DNA of 64,000 nucleotides from positions 124,620,001-124,684,000 of the forward strand of contig OX597815.1 in NCBI GenBank assembly GCA_951406725.2, written 5' to 3'. A program made the translations under genes and the position numbers. Source of the stretch: Octopus vulgaris (lineage: Eukaryota). Positions 48,485-62,130 of the stretch are shown here, piece by piece. Position 1 is the stretch's first letter, and every line of letters begins with the position of its first letter. The notes under the pieces were generated by a model. It was not told where the DNA came from, ran no database searches, and saw only the letters and a program-made list of their open reading frames with translations.

Positions 48485-51400
48485 GTGTGTGTGTATATAT
48501 GTGTGTGTGTATGTGTGTGTGTATGTATGTACATATGTATGTATGTTTATATGTATGCATGCATGTATGTATGTGTGTGTGCGTATTCATGTATATATGT
48601 ATATTATTAAGAGAAGTATTTGCTGTTCATTATTAGGTATAAAAGAATAAACACTATATATAACATGTCCATCTAAGAATAATGTGATTTCCAGCATCCT
48701 CGGCTATAAAATTAGAACAACATAGCTATTTCCACCGCAAATATTTTCTTGTACGCCAGTTTCGAACATAGAATTCTGTTTCATTTGATAATTGAATATT
48801 CATACTTTTCGCAGTATACGAAGTTAAAGTTGTTGGCTTTATCTATTTTGGAGTTTTAAGTAAAATTTGATACACTGTGCTTAGTATGGTCAATGACCGA
48901 ACTGTTCTGTATGTATGGCTTGCGACGGAACAGCGCTATACGCAGTTGTTCAGTATCTGACTGTTTTGTCGTAACGGACTAATGTTTTGCTACGTATAGG
49001 ACAAATCCGGTTATTGGTCGAATCATCTGCGAGTTTCACCCCAATACTTTACCTTGGTCAGGAAGAATAGGCAGTTTCCGCCTGCCTGGCTGCTAAGTAG
49101 AAAAAAGGTCGTGTACTTGAGTCTATTGAAGACTTAAGGCAAACACTTTTCTCTTGGGTCAAGCTCTCATCGAGTAAGGATAAAACAAGCAAGTAACAAA
49201 GTATTCAGTCATCTCGCTTCTCTCTCTCTCACACACACACACACTCTCTCTCTCTTTCAGTTTCTGTACTCAGCTGAATTTAAGAATTAGTAAGAATTAC
49301 GAAGAATTACTTGTTTGATATAATTCAGGACAGCATGAATTCTGTTAAAATCTAATCGAAAGCACTTTAGTAAATGTTTTCATGATTTCATAAATAGCAT
49401 CATGAAATTTACGCTGTAATCAAACGCCAAACATGTCTCCTGTATGAGCCCTGAAAATACTCCAAGACAAATTTCAAACTCCACATGAAAGATTTTCATT
49501 TGAAGTTGTAGTGTCAATTAGTTGATTAGATTATCGTAGGTCTACTGAATCTGTATATATAATCACTTTCTCCTTCTCCTCTTATTTCCATCTCTCTTCA
49601 CTCTCTTCTCCCTCTTTTCTCTCCCTTCTCTCTTCTCTCTACCCCTCTCGCTTCTCTCTCTCACTCTCTCTTCTCTCTTCCTCTCTCTTCCTTTCTCCCC
49701 ACTTCGCTCTCTTTTTTCTCCCCATCTCTCTCTCTTTCCATCCATTCTGTCTTCCCACTCTCTCTATGCAGTGTGTGTAAAGTGTGTGTACATTTCTGTC
49801 ACCTTGTGCATATATCTACATGTGAGAGTTGCAGTCTCACCAGAATGGTTTACCAAGAATAAGCCAATTAGTTCAATAAGCACGCGTGCGCACCCACACA
49901 CTCACATAAAAACAGACTCACACCCAAAGACACATACTAATTCATACAAAGATACAAACGCACACGTGCAAAGGCTCGTGTGGCAAAGAAGATTAATTAC
50001 TGATCAGTAAAATAATAATTAAACACTGAAGAAGAGAGAAGGGTCTGAACATGGCATGGATTAACTAGCAAAAGAGTGAAAATTATGCTAAACAACTAAT
50101 TTTACTTAAAAGAGATGACCTCTCACAAACTAATAAAAGAAATATAATAGACACCTCCACATAGAAAACACTTAAGAATGCACAAAAGAATATGCACAGA
50201 CGAGCAGACAGTAAGACTCCAAAACACAAAGAAATACTATAGAGATCATCACCCAATTACAAATAAGGCATTAAAGCAAATCAAAATCATACAAAGAAGA
50301 GAGAATTAAAATTCAGAATGATGACGAGGGCAATAGACGTCTCCACGGCAACATAACAAAAGTATCCCTTCAGCCCACCATTTCACAACAAACAAAATAC
50401 TGATTTAACATTGAATGCGACTGCACAGAAACAATATTCAAAAATAGCTTGGATCAAGGTGAATACCTATCCAAGCTATAAGTTGTTTATCACAAACAAA
50501 CAACACCACGAAAAACTGAATAAATGTAGCATGACTTTGCAAGAAATTAAATGCACTGGAACAAATTACTCAAAAATAAAACAGACTGAATAATCTGATC
50601 TATAAAATAGTAGAGGTAGTATAAAGAAAACTAGGCTGGGTCTTCTGTACTCCACAGCAAAAAATTAAATGGAAAGAAAATATACAACAAAATAATTGAA
50701 AAATGGCAAGACTGATATAATGAATGATCTAAAACGAAAGAAAATAAAACACGGAATAGCGAAAAGTATATCAATAAAAAATAAGCAAAAGTTAAACTAA
50801 TCATATCAGTGAAACTATTCAGAATACGTAACTTCAAATATAGCGAAGCGCGTCTTTCATAAGAAAACATTTCGATCAATTATAATAAAAAAAAAACAGT
50901 TGTTAGCGTGAGTGGTGACCGAATCCATGCGGACAGATGTCCATTGGAAATTTAGTCCAACGTCTTAACCACTCAGACATGATGCTGGTTTATATATTAG
51001 CACTGGCTTCTTACTCGAATACAGGATTTGGTAAATTAAGTACCAATCAGATAATGAGAGTCGAAAAGATAATCTTTGCCAACAAATTTCGTCACATAAT
51101 TTGTCTGGCACTCTGCCGATTTCATCAATACACCACATTTAAAAAAGTTTAATATGAACGCATAAAGAGTCGATGGGTTGGTAGACGTGGTAGAGCGTTG
51201 TGGAATATAATTGCCGTCCTTTACTCTCTGTGTTCAAATCCCGCCAAGTTCAGCTATGTCTTGCATGCTTACAAATAGTAATTCAATGTAATGACAACTC
51301 CCTTCATTTGATACCTGTAGTCTATTACTATTAATGAATATGACAATGGTGGTCAAAAATAATAGTGTGGCTTCTAATAATTAAATAATAATGAATTAAA

Positions 51401-52594
51401 TCTTTACGTTTTGAGTAAAAATCCTATCAAAGAGCCTCATAGCTATTCTTCCTTCGGGAGTCTATACATTTGATACTAGTTAAATAATAAGAGTCAAACT
51501 GGTTCAGTCTAGCCTCCTTTACAAATGTGGAGTCTTTTTACAATATTAGGAATCGGTATTAATTCCAAAGTTTGTTACAGATGAATAATAAGGTTATGCC
51601 ATATGGTTATCTCCCTGAATGACATTAAAAACCTACGTTAAATTAAAGTGTTCGCAATTGTGATTCGAAAATGACACGCAAACAACGCCCACAAAGAATG
51701 TAATCCTACTATGATGCTGTAATCTTTAAGCAAACTCAGAAAGAAAGTTGCGACCAGCATCAATTAGAAATAACGAAATATCAACAATGCCTAGATTATT
51801 ATGAAAATATTAGAAATTTTTACCACAGCCTTTAAACAATATAGTGACTAAAGCGTAGTTTTGTAAACTGGTGCAGTCGTGAGCCACATTCATATCATAG
51901 TCATCTGTATTGATGGAAATACAGACGTCTATTTACGATAGCGATCACTTTTACGGACAATTATGCCGCCTGTGTGCAATCAAGAAATTTGATAGAAAAG
52001 ACAATGATAGCCTGTTTAAAGTCTTGGTAACACAGACTAACAACTCATTCGTCTTATATATCATTGTGAAATAAAATACGAATACCGTAAGTTAAAATGA
52101 CCAGAGTAACCTACAACCGTGGGAAACCTCCAAATATCAGTAACCGTATTGGTAATTCACATCAGAATAGAATCTTAAAATTAAGTAAGTACGAAAATAA
52201 ACCCGTTTTCTTCTCTATTTAATATCCTCATTCATACACATTAGAATACTTTGTTAGTGTTTATCAAGTAATTCTTTAAACAATGCAAAGTTTTTCTTTG
52301 TTGGTCGTCAAAGCTATGTAGTAAAAGAGCAGTCCGTAAATAGCTAAATGTTATATTATACGAATATTAGTTACTGCTAGGTCATTTTCAAAAGCCCATG
52401 CAAGTTTTCGAAGCATTAAGTGTAAGCTTTGTTAGACATGTTCAGACGTAAAGAACTTCCTGTACAACATAATGCTAAATCAGTAAGGTATGTGAACACA
52501 CTACTACACGCTATTAGTTATATGTTATAATCTTTATGCCATAAGCTATAAAATAAATAAATAGATAAACACATATATATACAGTAGATAAATC

Positions 52595-52773
52595 CGTCGG
52601 TCACGAATGACCATTCAGCTTGGCACCAGTGACGTCGCAACTCATTTCTACAGTTGGATGAAGTGGAGCAATGTGAAATAATGTCTTGCTCACGAACAAA
52701 ACATGCAGCCCGGTGCGGGAATCGAACTCACAACTTCACGATTGTAAGCTCGATGTTCTAACCACTGAGCCAT
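52595..52773 (-). mobile_element. internally deleted copy of the 23410-23746 SINE family
   Basis: ggtcacgaatgaccat...cagcttggcacc.gtgacgtcgcaactcatttctacag...ctaaccactgagccatg. Confidence 0.88.
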
Positions 52774-53997
52774 GTATGTATATATGTATGCATGTATGTA
52801 TATATGCATGTATATGCATGTGTGTTCGTGTGTGTGTGTATATATGAGTGTATATATGTGTGTGTATGTGTGTGCGTGTGTGCGCGTGAGCGCATGTGTA
52901 TGTGAAGTTTGTGTTTCAATTTATTTTGTTTCTTAATAAAATTCCAAAAGTGTATAAATGATAAACAAATAATGCAAATAAGCATAAGTTATCAGCAGAG
53001 ACCTTTTCCGTGTTCAATTGAGAAATCGCCGAACCGTCTATAAACACATCTTAGTACTCCCGTACTATGATAAAGAATTGCTATGCATTGGCGTAATTTG
53101 TTTTGGCTATCAAAAGATTTGTATGCTACCCGTAAGGTAGATTACTCTGACTTAGCACGAGCATCGAAGTCCATTTTCTTTACAGTTCCTTAGATAATTT
53201 TCCAGAATAGTTTGATGATTTAAGCGAAGACTATGATGTAAATCTCGCTCTAGAAAAATCTAAAAAAGTGTAAATGACAGGTCATTTCATTTTTGATACT
53301 TACTTTCAATGTTGCAGTTACAGTAGATTTCTATGTAAGAAACTTTTGTACTGACATGACCTGATTTAGTAATATGTGGTTACTTTAAAAGTATAATATA
53401 TATTCAGAGCGTAAATATTGTTGTTATTTTTGTATCAAAATAGTAGGCTATTAATTAATTAGAACTGGTAGATCAAAGTTACTACAATTATGGGAATGAA
53501 CACTCTAAACATAACTAAAAATATGTCTAGATTATATAGCACCAAAACGTGTTGATCAGTATTACGAATGAGTTTTATGTCGAGTTCCCATCTGCATTGC
53601 AAAAAAAAAATCTATTAATTTAATGGGTAGATAGTGAAGATAGTAAAAGGCCCTTATTTATTCACGTGAACCACTTTTGTAGTGACCTGCGTCTTTTTAT
53701 CATAGACTTTCCAGTAGTAATCTGGTTGGTGAAATCACTATGTAGAGAATTACATCGAAATTTTTCCAGTGTCATAGGGTTGCAGCAGAGTGACAAAGGA
53801 ATCAATTAAAAAATCGAATGCTAATCCATCATTAAAATTGCATTGTACCAAATTGACCTAGATGGCAATACCACAAGCATAGTAATGCAAATTTGGCTTG
53901 CTCTTTTTTGCATTTAAAAGCGAGTTCCATTTCTTTTGCAAGAAAGCTGAGGAGAAAAGTCTACAAAAAGAGCAGAGTTACAGTTAGTTTCTGATTA

Positions 53998-54062
<65 letters not shown>

Positions 54063-54064
<2 letters not shown>

Positions 54065-54213
54065 TTCTCTCCTTGTTTCTTTTTGCTTTCCTCTCTATGG
54101 AAGAGCGTAGGCTCGAAACGTTAAAGAGCTTTTCACCTCCCGAGCGTTATACTAATACATCTGTTTGTTGTCTATACCACCTGTCTTCGTCTTTTGTTTT
54201 TTGTGAATTCTCG

Positions 54214-54214
<1 letters not shown>
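54063..54214 (+). mobile_element. 152-bp cassette between (TA)n arrays; Penelope-pLTR-like with a hammerhead-like motif
   Basis: Contains tggaagagcgtaggctcgaaacgtta; sharp borders at (TA)n. Confidence 0.55.
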
Positions 54215-54250
<36 letters not shown>

Positions 54251-55331
54251 CAAACATACATACATACATACATACATACATAAACACACACAAGCACGCA
54301 CACACACACACACACACACAAGCACGCACACACACACACTCACACTTACACACACACACATATATATGTATGTGCGCATGTGCGTACGTTTAAGCACACC
54401 CACGCCCACGCGCACACACACACACTCGCGCGTGCGCACGTACACGCGCATGCACACTCACGCACACACAAACGTACACACAAACACACTCACACATACA
54501 CACATATGTATATATATATATACAAATTAAATAAGCTGTTTGTCAGCTAGTCAATTGTAGCCGGCAAACTAATTAGATCTGATTAATGATATCTTGATTT
54601 TCTTTTGCTTTTTTTACCAGAGATAAAATTATTCTGCTTTTCTGCCAGCGTGAACTCTAAATCATAGCGCTAGGGAAATTCTATTATTAGTTTAATTAAT
54701 TTCCTTCTAGTTGTTCAATTCCCTATATATTTCTTAGTTGCTCTATTTGTTTACATATTTTAAAATATCCTGTATTTATCTTCTCCCAATTATAGCTACC
54801 ACATAGTGTCAAACTAATAGAGGAGCTGGAGTCAATATAACTCTGTTAGAGCTAGAAGATTGGCTCAGTGCAATACTTGAGCCACACGTTGAAGCTAAAA
54901 GTTTCGAGAGTCAACTCTCAAGATGGAAGACATGAAGGATATGCTGTGATATTATGTAAGATTCTGGATAGTCTGGTACCTAACTTTTGGATTGACATCT
55001 ATACCAACTCCCGAGCTAGATGCCATTGCATGTTGCTGAGATTTCCTTAATACTCTTTATTTGAAGTCGGGACCCAATACTGTAGCAATTTGTGTTTTAG
55101 GGGTCCACACCCACTCCTCCAAAAGAACTATCTGAGATACCAGATGAATGCACATCATGAGAAGAAACGCAAATAAGGGTGAACTTGTCCAATTCACTAA
55201 TTTATCAGAACCAGGTATTGAGGAAGAGCGTGAAAGTGAATTGAAATAAATTAGCAATCACACTATTGGTGATGCCTCAGCATGGTCACAACATCTAGAT
55301 TAATCAAGTAATAGTATTAGTATTTCTCCGT

Positions 55332-55397
<66 letters not shown>

Positions 55398-55964
55398 GAG
55401 GTTCATCTGTTGTTTAGACAGGGTCTTGTTTTTAGCCCAGTTAGGTTTCCAGCAATCCGTCTCATTAGGAAAGTCTAGTGGGGTGCCGTTTTAGTCACCG
55501 ATGACCCAACCGTGCAATAGATTGTACTTGATTTTATGTTGCCAGTAGCACTCATGAGTGACCTTACAAGTGACCTTACATTATAGAAATATATGTATCT
55601 GTGCATTTGACTCGAAATATCATCACAAAGAACTCGGCAATTTCCGTGAGCACAAATCACTTGGAACTTGAGTCACTCTGTTGGTTTGATGAACTAAAAA
55701 TAACTATAAATGTATTTTTCTACCTATTTTGAACACTTTCATGTAAACTGTTTATACAAAAAGCCCCTCTATTTTTTAACATTTTCTTATCCTTATCAAA
55801 GACTGTATAACTGTATTTTAATACAATTATGATAACCATTTTTTAACAAAACAAAGCCTATACAGAGCTTTACATTTTACTTTTAGTAATTTTTTTTTCA
55901 AGAAGTGAAACCGGTCAAGTCAATAAACATCTTTAAAAGACCTCTGCATTTTCAAAACCTCTTT

Positions 55965-56024
<60 letters not shown>

Positions 56025-56028
<4 letters not shown>

Positions 56029-56916
56029 GTCATCCCATAGGTAATGCGGTTTTTTCAATTACATGAACTATAAGTCGTAGGGGGACAAGATAGACAACCT
56101 GCATCAACTTGCTATAAAAGCAGGTAGTAACTTACCTTGTCTTTATTCTTAGTGCAAGTTTTGAAGAGTGCAGTTCGATTTTAAAAGTTATTTATTCAAA
56201 ACTATACTGGAAGTGACAAAGGAGCATATTCGGCATATTTTGCTTTGTAGGTTTAATAAAAGCAACAACGCAACGGAGAATGCGAGGAATATTAATGCAG
56301 TATATGGGGATCGGACAATAAGCATAAGCCAGTCTCAACTGTGGTTCCAGAAATTCCGAGCCGATAACTACAGCGTAGAAGACGAGCCTCATCCTGGAAG
56401 ATCTGAAGAGCTTAACGAGGACGTCCTGCAAATCCTCGTGGAACAAAATCCCATCGTAACTGTTTAGGAACTAGCAGAGAAGCTTAGATTGGGTCATTCA
56501 GCCAGTCATTCAAGTCAGTACTAGAAGAAAAATGACCATCTTTGGTTTCAAGACGAAAGGTGTTCTCCGATCAGGATAATGCTCGGCTACATACAGTGAG
56601 GATGACATTCCAAAGGCTGGAACAGTTTGAATGGAAAACTATTACCTCCCCAACCCCCATCATATTCTCCGGACGTTGCTCCATCTAAATATCATTTATT
56701 CCGTAGTCTTCAAAACCATTTGGAGGGAAAAAATATGAATTCTGTAGAGGAGGTCAGAACAGTACTGGAAGACAAGGGATTTTTGGAAGAGTGTCCTTGC
56801 AAGTCTACCAGATAGATGGAAGAGTAATGTAGAAAATGAAGGAGAGTATATTTTAGATTAAAAAAGAACCTTGTTTATGTTAATTCTAAAAAATAAAAGT
56901 ATATGGGATGACCCAA
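56025..56916 (+). mobile_element. internally deleted mariner at the edge of a (TA)n array
   Basis: TIRs ttgggtcatcccata / tatgggatgacccaa with TA TSD. Protein motifs KEHIRHILL, WFQKFR, QDNARLH and YSPDVAPSKYHLFRSLQNHL. Confidence 0.93.
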
Positions 56917-59106
56917 TATACACACTTACACACACACATATACATTTATATATATATGTATGCATTATATGTTAGTCAGTAATATATATATATATATGAG
57001 GGTGGTTGTGGTGTGTATGTGTCTGTGTGGCGGGGGTGCGGGGTGGGTAGGTGTTTGTTTGTGATAATCTAAGGAACTCTGAAATATTTTTGATATCAGA
57101 AACTTGTTTAAAGCAGATTTTTGATTTCAGAATTGAAATCAGGAGGTGAGACATAATCTTTATAAATAGATTCTTTGGTTGAAGAACCACTCACAGAAGC
57201 CCCTCACCGTCTTATCAAATGGACCATAGGGTATTCTCAGATTCCATACAACTGAATAAATTTGAAGGTTATGTAAATATATTTGCGACATCGAAACGTG
57301 ACAGGAACGAAAGTCCAAAATCTAAAATTTCATAAGCAACAATTTAGTCTCGGGAAAGGTCGATGTGCCATTTGAAGATAGGAAATGACATTCAACGTAT
57401 GAAAAGAAAAAACACGTTCAATACAAGTGTAACTTTATTTGTTTGTTCTTTTGGGGTTTTTTTCTAAATAAACTAACTTCTATAACTTTTTATTTAGATC
57501 AAACAGCTTCCATTACTGCTTAAACAAAGATTTGTTCTTGATAACATTTTCACTTTGCTCTGAAAGAAAAATTCATATCTTCAACATGATAACACCCAAA
57601 CATCTATCAAATTACTTAGCATTTTTTCTTTACCTGATAATATACTCTCAACCACTGCTGCTTTTGCTGCTGCTGATTGTTATCGTTATTATCATGCTTG
57701 TTGTTTTTGTTCTCAACATTTGTTGCCATATTTTCCATTTGTGTTTATATAGTTTTGAGGCGACGTGTTAAAGGGCTGAGCTATTTGTCGCTATTTTTAA
57801 AACAGTATGCATCACGTGTGCGTATGTGTGTGTGTCTCAGTGTATGTGTGTGTACGTGCGCGCACGCCAGTGTGTGTTGATATTCGTTAGTATTTATACT
57901 CTGATATTATGGGCGTTTAGTCAAACATCATGCTAAATACACTTTCTACTTGAAAGGTAAATCCTAACTTTATGTCCCCTTAGCTCTGTTCTTCATCCTC
58001 TGTATTCCATTTCTTTTTCTCTTTGACAATAATATGACTCACAATACAACATTGGGTGGGGTACCCTATATACTCTAGTTTATTGAAATCAGATGTCGTG
58101 AAACATACACCGTCACTGATCCTTGAAAGAAAAAAAGGGACGAAATATCTAAGCAATTATTTGACTAGAAAGGCCACTAGTTAGTTACCAACTAACATCA
58201 TTTTGGTATTGAATTTAATATTTCAACAGTTACTTTCCATTTCAGAGTAAAGAGAAATTATAAATGTAGTCCCCTGAAATATTACGCTGTGAGAACTAAG
58301 GCGAGTGTATAACATTTTGGCTAGATCTCAATAGTTTTACTATTTCCAAAATATCTCGTTATTTAATTGTTAGAACCTTATAACCCCACATGTTCCGTGT
58401 TTATAGAATTACTTTTGTTTTCATTTTTCTTTTATTATTTTTTAATCGTTAATATTACATTCTTTTTCTTTGTTTTTACATGGACAGAAATACTCTTTCC
58501 CCACCTTAATCTGAGTTGTATTTTTATGCAGGAAAGTATTCGGACAAAGCATTTATTTCTTCAAGTCTAATGTCGAAACAGAAAACAGATGCTCAATTGC
58601 TTGCAGATGGAAATATTCAATGATCCACTGTATAGATGGCTAGCAACTATGTTGGAGGAGCAGAGGATCTGTACTAAAATGTGAAGGGGATACCTTGTAT
58701 CTTCGACGTTTTATTTTTTATATAAAAAATTTTTTGACAAATTAGTTGCTTTGAAATTTCAAATTTTGCTTGAAACCGTTAATGAAATATTAGCGATCCA
58801 ACACATTCATCCCGCTGTAGATCGAACAGTCACGCCTAATTATTAATAATATCCATACCAAATATTGTGTACTATTTAGGTTTGAGCAATCTCAACTCAT
58901 ACACTCCCTGTTGCAAATACTCAAGTATTCGTTATCTTGGTAGCAGGTGAGTGGAAATAAACTTAGTATTTCATGCACGATACAATGTAACCGATCGTTT
59001 ATCTAGATACTTCTTATAATTTAGCCTGTTTCTATCTCCATATATACACCTACTTCGTCTTTTGTTTCTCTTTAAATTTGCGCAATCTTCTATCTCTACT
59101 ATCTCT

Positions 59107-59170
<64 letters not shown>

Positions 59171-59791
59171 TTCATTCTTTCTGGTTTTCTCTCCTACCCT
59201 TCCCTATTCTTCTCCTCTCTCCTTCACCGTTCCGTCTCTCTCACCCTTCCTCCTTGACTCTCTCGTCGGTTACACGTGTCGAAAGAGAATCTTTCTGCTC
59301 ATTTCCTTCCTAAAGACAACACGTGCTTATATCTGTTTCCTCTCATAAGCTCGTCTTCCTGGCGTTCATGATAATTTTTCTATCGTCTTGGCTAACAACC
59401 CTCACCGTTTGTTTTTACTATCTTGCTCTCACTGTCCTGTTCTTGTTACCACTTTCACCCTCCGCAAAAAGTCCCAAATATTATTTAATTTGCTTTGCGG
59501 GAAGAACTGTTTTAACGAAGTCACGTATTGTCCTTGCTTTCGAACGCGGAGTACATGAAGCATGGATAACTGATGAAGGGGAATATTTTTTATGTTGCAT
59601 GTCTCGTTTCTCTGTTTGCTTTTTTCGTTGTTCAAAAAAAGGTTCGTTTTCCATGTTTTTGCTTTTATGTTTTCGTTTCTCATTGTGTTCAACGTTCTTT
59701 TGATGTCCTGTACCCATATATGCATGTATATATATATACATATATATGTGGGTATGTACATATATGTATCTATATACGCATGTATTTATAT

Positions 59792-60044
59792 GTGGTTAGG
59801 GCAGCGAACTCGCAGTCGTAGGATCGCGGTTTCGATTCCCAGACCGGGCGTTGTGTGTGTTTATGGACCGAAAACACCTAACGGCAAGGGGTGGTGATCC
59901 CTGCTGTACTCCTTCACCACTCTTTCTTCCGTTGGCCTGCTCGCTTAGCCAACAGGGTGGCGTCGTTCGAAGACTAAAAACAATGCGAATACATTGTGAC
60001 CAGCGATGTGTAGCAACATCTGATAGTCTGGTCGGTCACGTGAT

Positions 60045-60051
<7 letters not shown>
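59792..60051 (+). mobile_element. tRNA-derived SINE
   Basis: gtggttagggcagcgaactcgcagtcgtaggatcgcggtttcgattcccagaccggg head; ends ggtcacgtgatcacgtga followed by (TA)n. Confidence 0.85.
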
Positions 60052-60104
<53 letters not shown>

Positions 60105-60479
60105 GTGTACACACACGCAAACACACACACAGACACACAGACATGCCCAAATTGCTGTCCTCTGCATTCCCCACCAAAAAATCGGTACTTAAAATCTACA
60201 CGAAAATTCATATTTTGAAAGTTTTGCATTTTCTTTAAAATCTGCATCGTTTTCAACTTTTTAACAAAATAAATGATGACGAGAATCCTTCTATATATGA
60301 CTTCATAACTAAGAGCGGAAGTATCACACCTACGGAGAAAATCCCAACATTTATATCTAGACATTTTCCCAGTTTCATACTGCAAACTCATATGCGAATC
60401 TCCTTCGTTCAGTCTCACTTACCATTATATAAACAGTCACTAAGTAGCAAAACATCTATTATTACAGCTTCTCAAGATG

Positions 60480-60930
60480 ACGAATTCGAGGAATGTCCTC
60501 ATACTTCCAAATAGTTTACTCCAAAGCTCAATATTATCTACATCAAGCACTTCAATTTTATTCGCTTTACAATGATAGAAACAAACCATGGAAATATAGC
60601 ACAGTCCCTCTTTCTTAAGGTAGGCAATTTCTCTGATCCCGTCAGCTACAAACCTATCCTCACTGCGACCAATATCTTACAGATGATATACGCTCTCCAA
60701 CACAACCAAGAGATATATTTTACTTGACCTCTATATTTCCCATAACGCAGTTACTGATATATCAAAGAAACAGTTTTGTACTCACTCGCTCTAGAAGCTT
60801 TAAGAACATCGTAATAAGTAAATAAATGAAAAACAAAAATCAAAGGATGTGAAATCTATACATCTTTAGTTCAAATTCAAATTTTTATTTCCGGCTGCAC
60901 CTCTCCTACTCACAGATCACAGTGGACTCT
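60480..60930 (+). mobile_element. decayed CR1/L2/Jockey-type LINE RT fragment
   Basis: PWK...LKVGNFSDPVSYKPI resembles WK.A.V.P..KKG...DP.NYRPISL. Confidence 0.45.
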
Positions 60931-61142
60931 ACTCTTGATGAGAAATCATATATATATATATATATATATAAAGTTACAACATGGTCTGGTTTTCACGTTT
61001 CTTATTGTATTTTAAAAATATTTTACCATGTTGAAGTGTGTTAAACATTAAAAAAAAGATTTAGTATATTTAAAATATCAAAAGATATTTTTTTAATGCT
61101 TAACACACTTCAACAATATATAAATCTTATTTTAAAATCTGA

Positions 61143-61160
61143 TCTGGTATATTATAAAAT

Positions 61161-61245
<85 letters not shown>

Positions 61246-62130
61246 CCCCTATGCACGGCCAAACCGCTGGGTCAATCTGTTCCAAATTTGGCATGAAGGT
61301 TTTTCAATATTCGGAGAAGGTTTTAGAGGAGTCCAAATTTGGCCGTTGCCCATACAGGGCGCTGTAGCCTCCCTATATTATTAGGAAACGCATGCTGCAG
61401 CACACCAAATTGAGTGTCAAGACAGAAGCGAGATGGGACTTTCTCATCATCAGCAAATCATGCTGCAGCACATTAGATGAAGTCTCAATACAGAAGGGAG
61501 ATGAGACTTACCCAAGATCACGAAATGCATACTGCACCACGTCAAATAGAGTCTCAAGACAGAATCGAAACGACACTTTCTCAAGATTAGCAAAGGCATG
61601 TTACAACACGTCAGATAGCGTCTCAATACAGAAGTGAGATGAGACTTTCCTAAGATCAGTAAATGCATACTGCAGCATGTCAAATGGAGTTTCAAGTGAA
61701 GCGAAACGACACTTTCTCAAGACCAGCAAGCGCATGCTGTAACACGTCAGATAGAGTCTCAATACAGAAGGGAGATGAGACTTTCCCCAAATTTCCAAAT
61801 GAATCTAATGGCATGCGCTGCTCAGGCGGTAAGGTACGATTGCTAGCACTATCAGCTCCTCCTCAACCTCTTATAGAACTTCTGGAAGGTGCTTCCATCC
61901 AGTCAAAGGATTTTCTGAACAATATCTATATTTCAAACGACGTCCTTTGGTGCATCTAAGGAGATAGTTGAACATGGATTTACACTAGTCTTGAAAGTTC
62001 AAAGACAAGTCTATCACCTCATTGCTTCCCTGTTACCCACAAATGAACAACTAACTACACTTCTTCCGAATTTACTTCGTGAGTGATGTAGGACAACAAA
62101 CACGAAGGAGGTGTCAAAACTTCTGACGAT
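61143..62130 (+). mobile_element. Helitron 5' region and Rep N-terminus (pseudogene)
   Basis: TC start, (TG)n, cacggccaaaccgctggg...aaatttggcat leader. Then 69-bp coding repeats and NESNGMRCSGGKVRL...PPQPL..LL...SKDFLNNI...FQTTSFGA...KVQRQVYHLIASLLP (Helitron-like N domain). Confidence 0.88.
61391..61788 (+). repeat. 69-bp (23-codon) tandem repeat, about 6 copies, alternating A/B types
   Basis: Units start at 61391, 61459, 61528, 61597, 61666 and 61733. Confidence 0.9.

Noticed and set aside
58530-58950. Plus-strand exon candidates (for example 58881-58946 ending cag|gtgagt)
   Set aside because: Short, no recognisable protein and no consistent chain; compatible with chance.
59560-59620. CTGATGA hammerhead core
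   Set aside because: No downstream stem II or GAAA in a usable arrangement.
61391-61788. CRISPR-like array (also the 16-bp repeat at 1065-1149)
   Set aside because: These are contiguous tandem units without unique spacers, with no cas genes and in a eukaryotic context.
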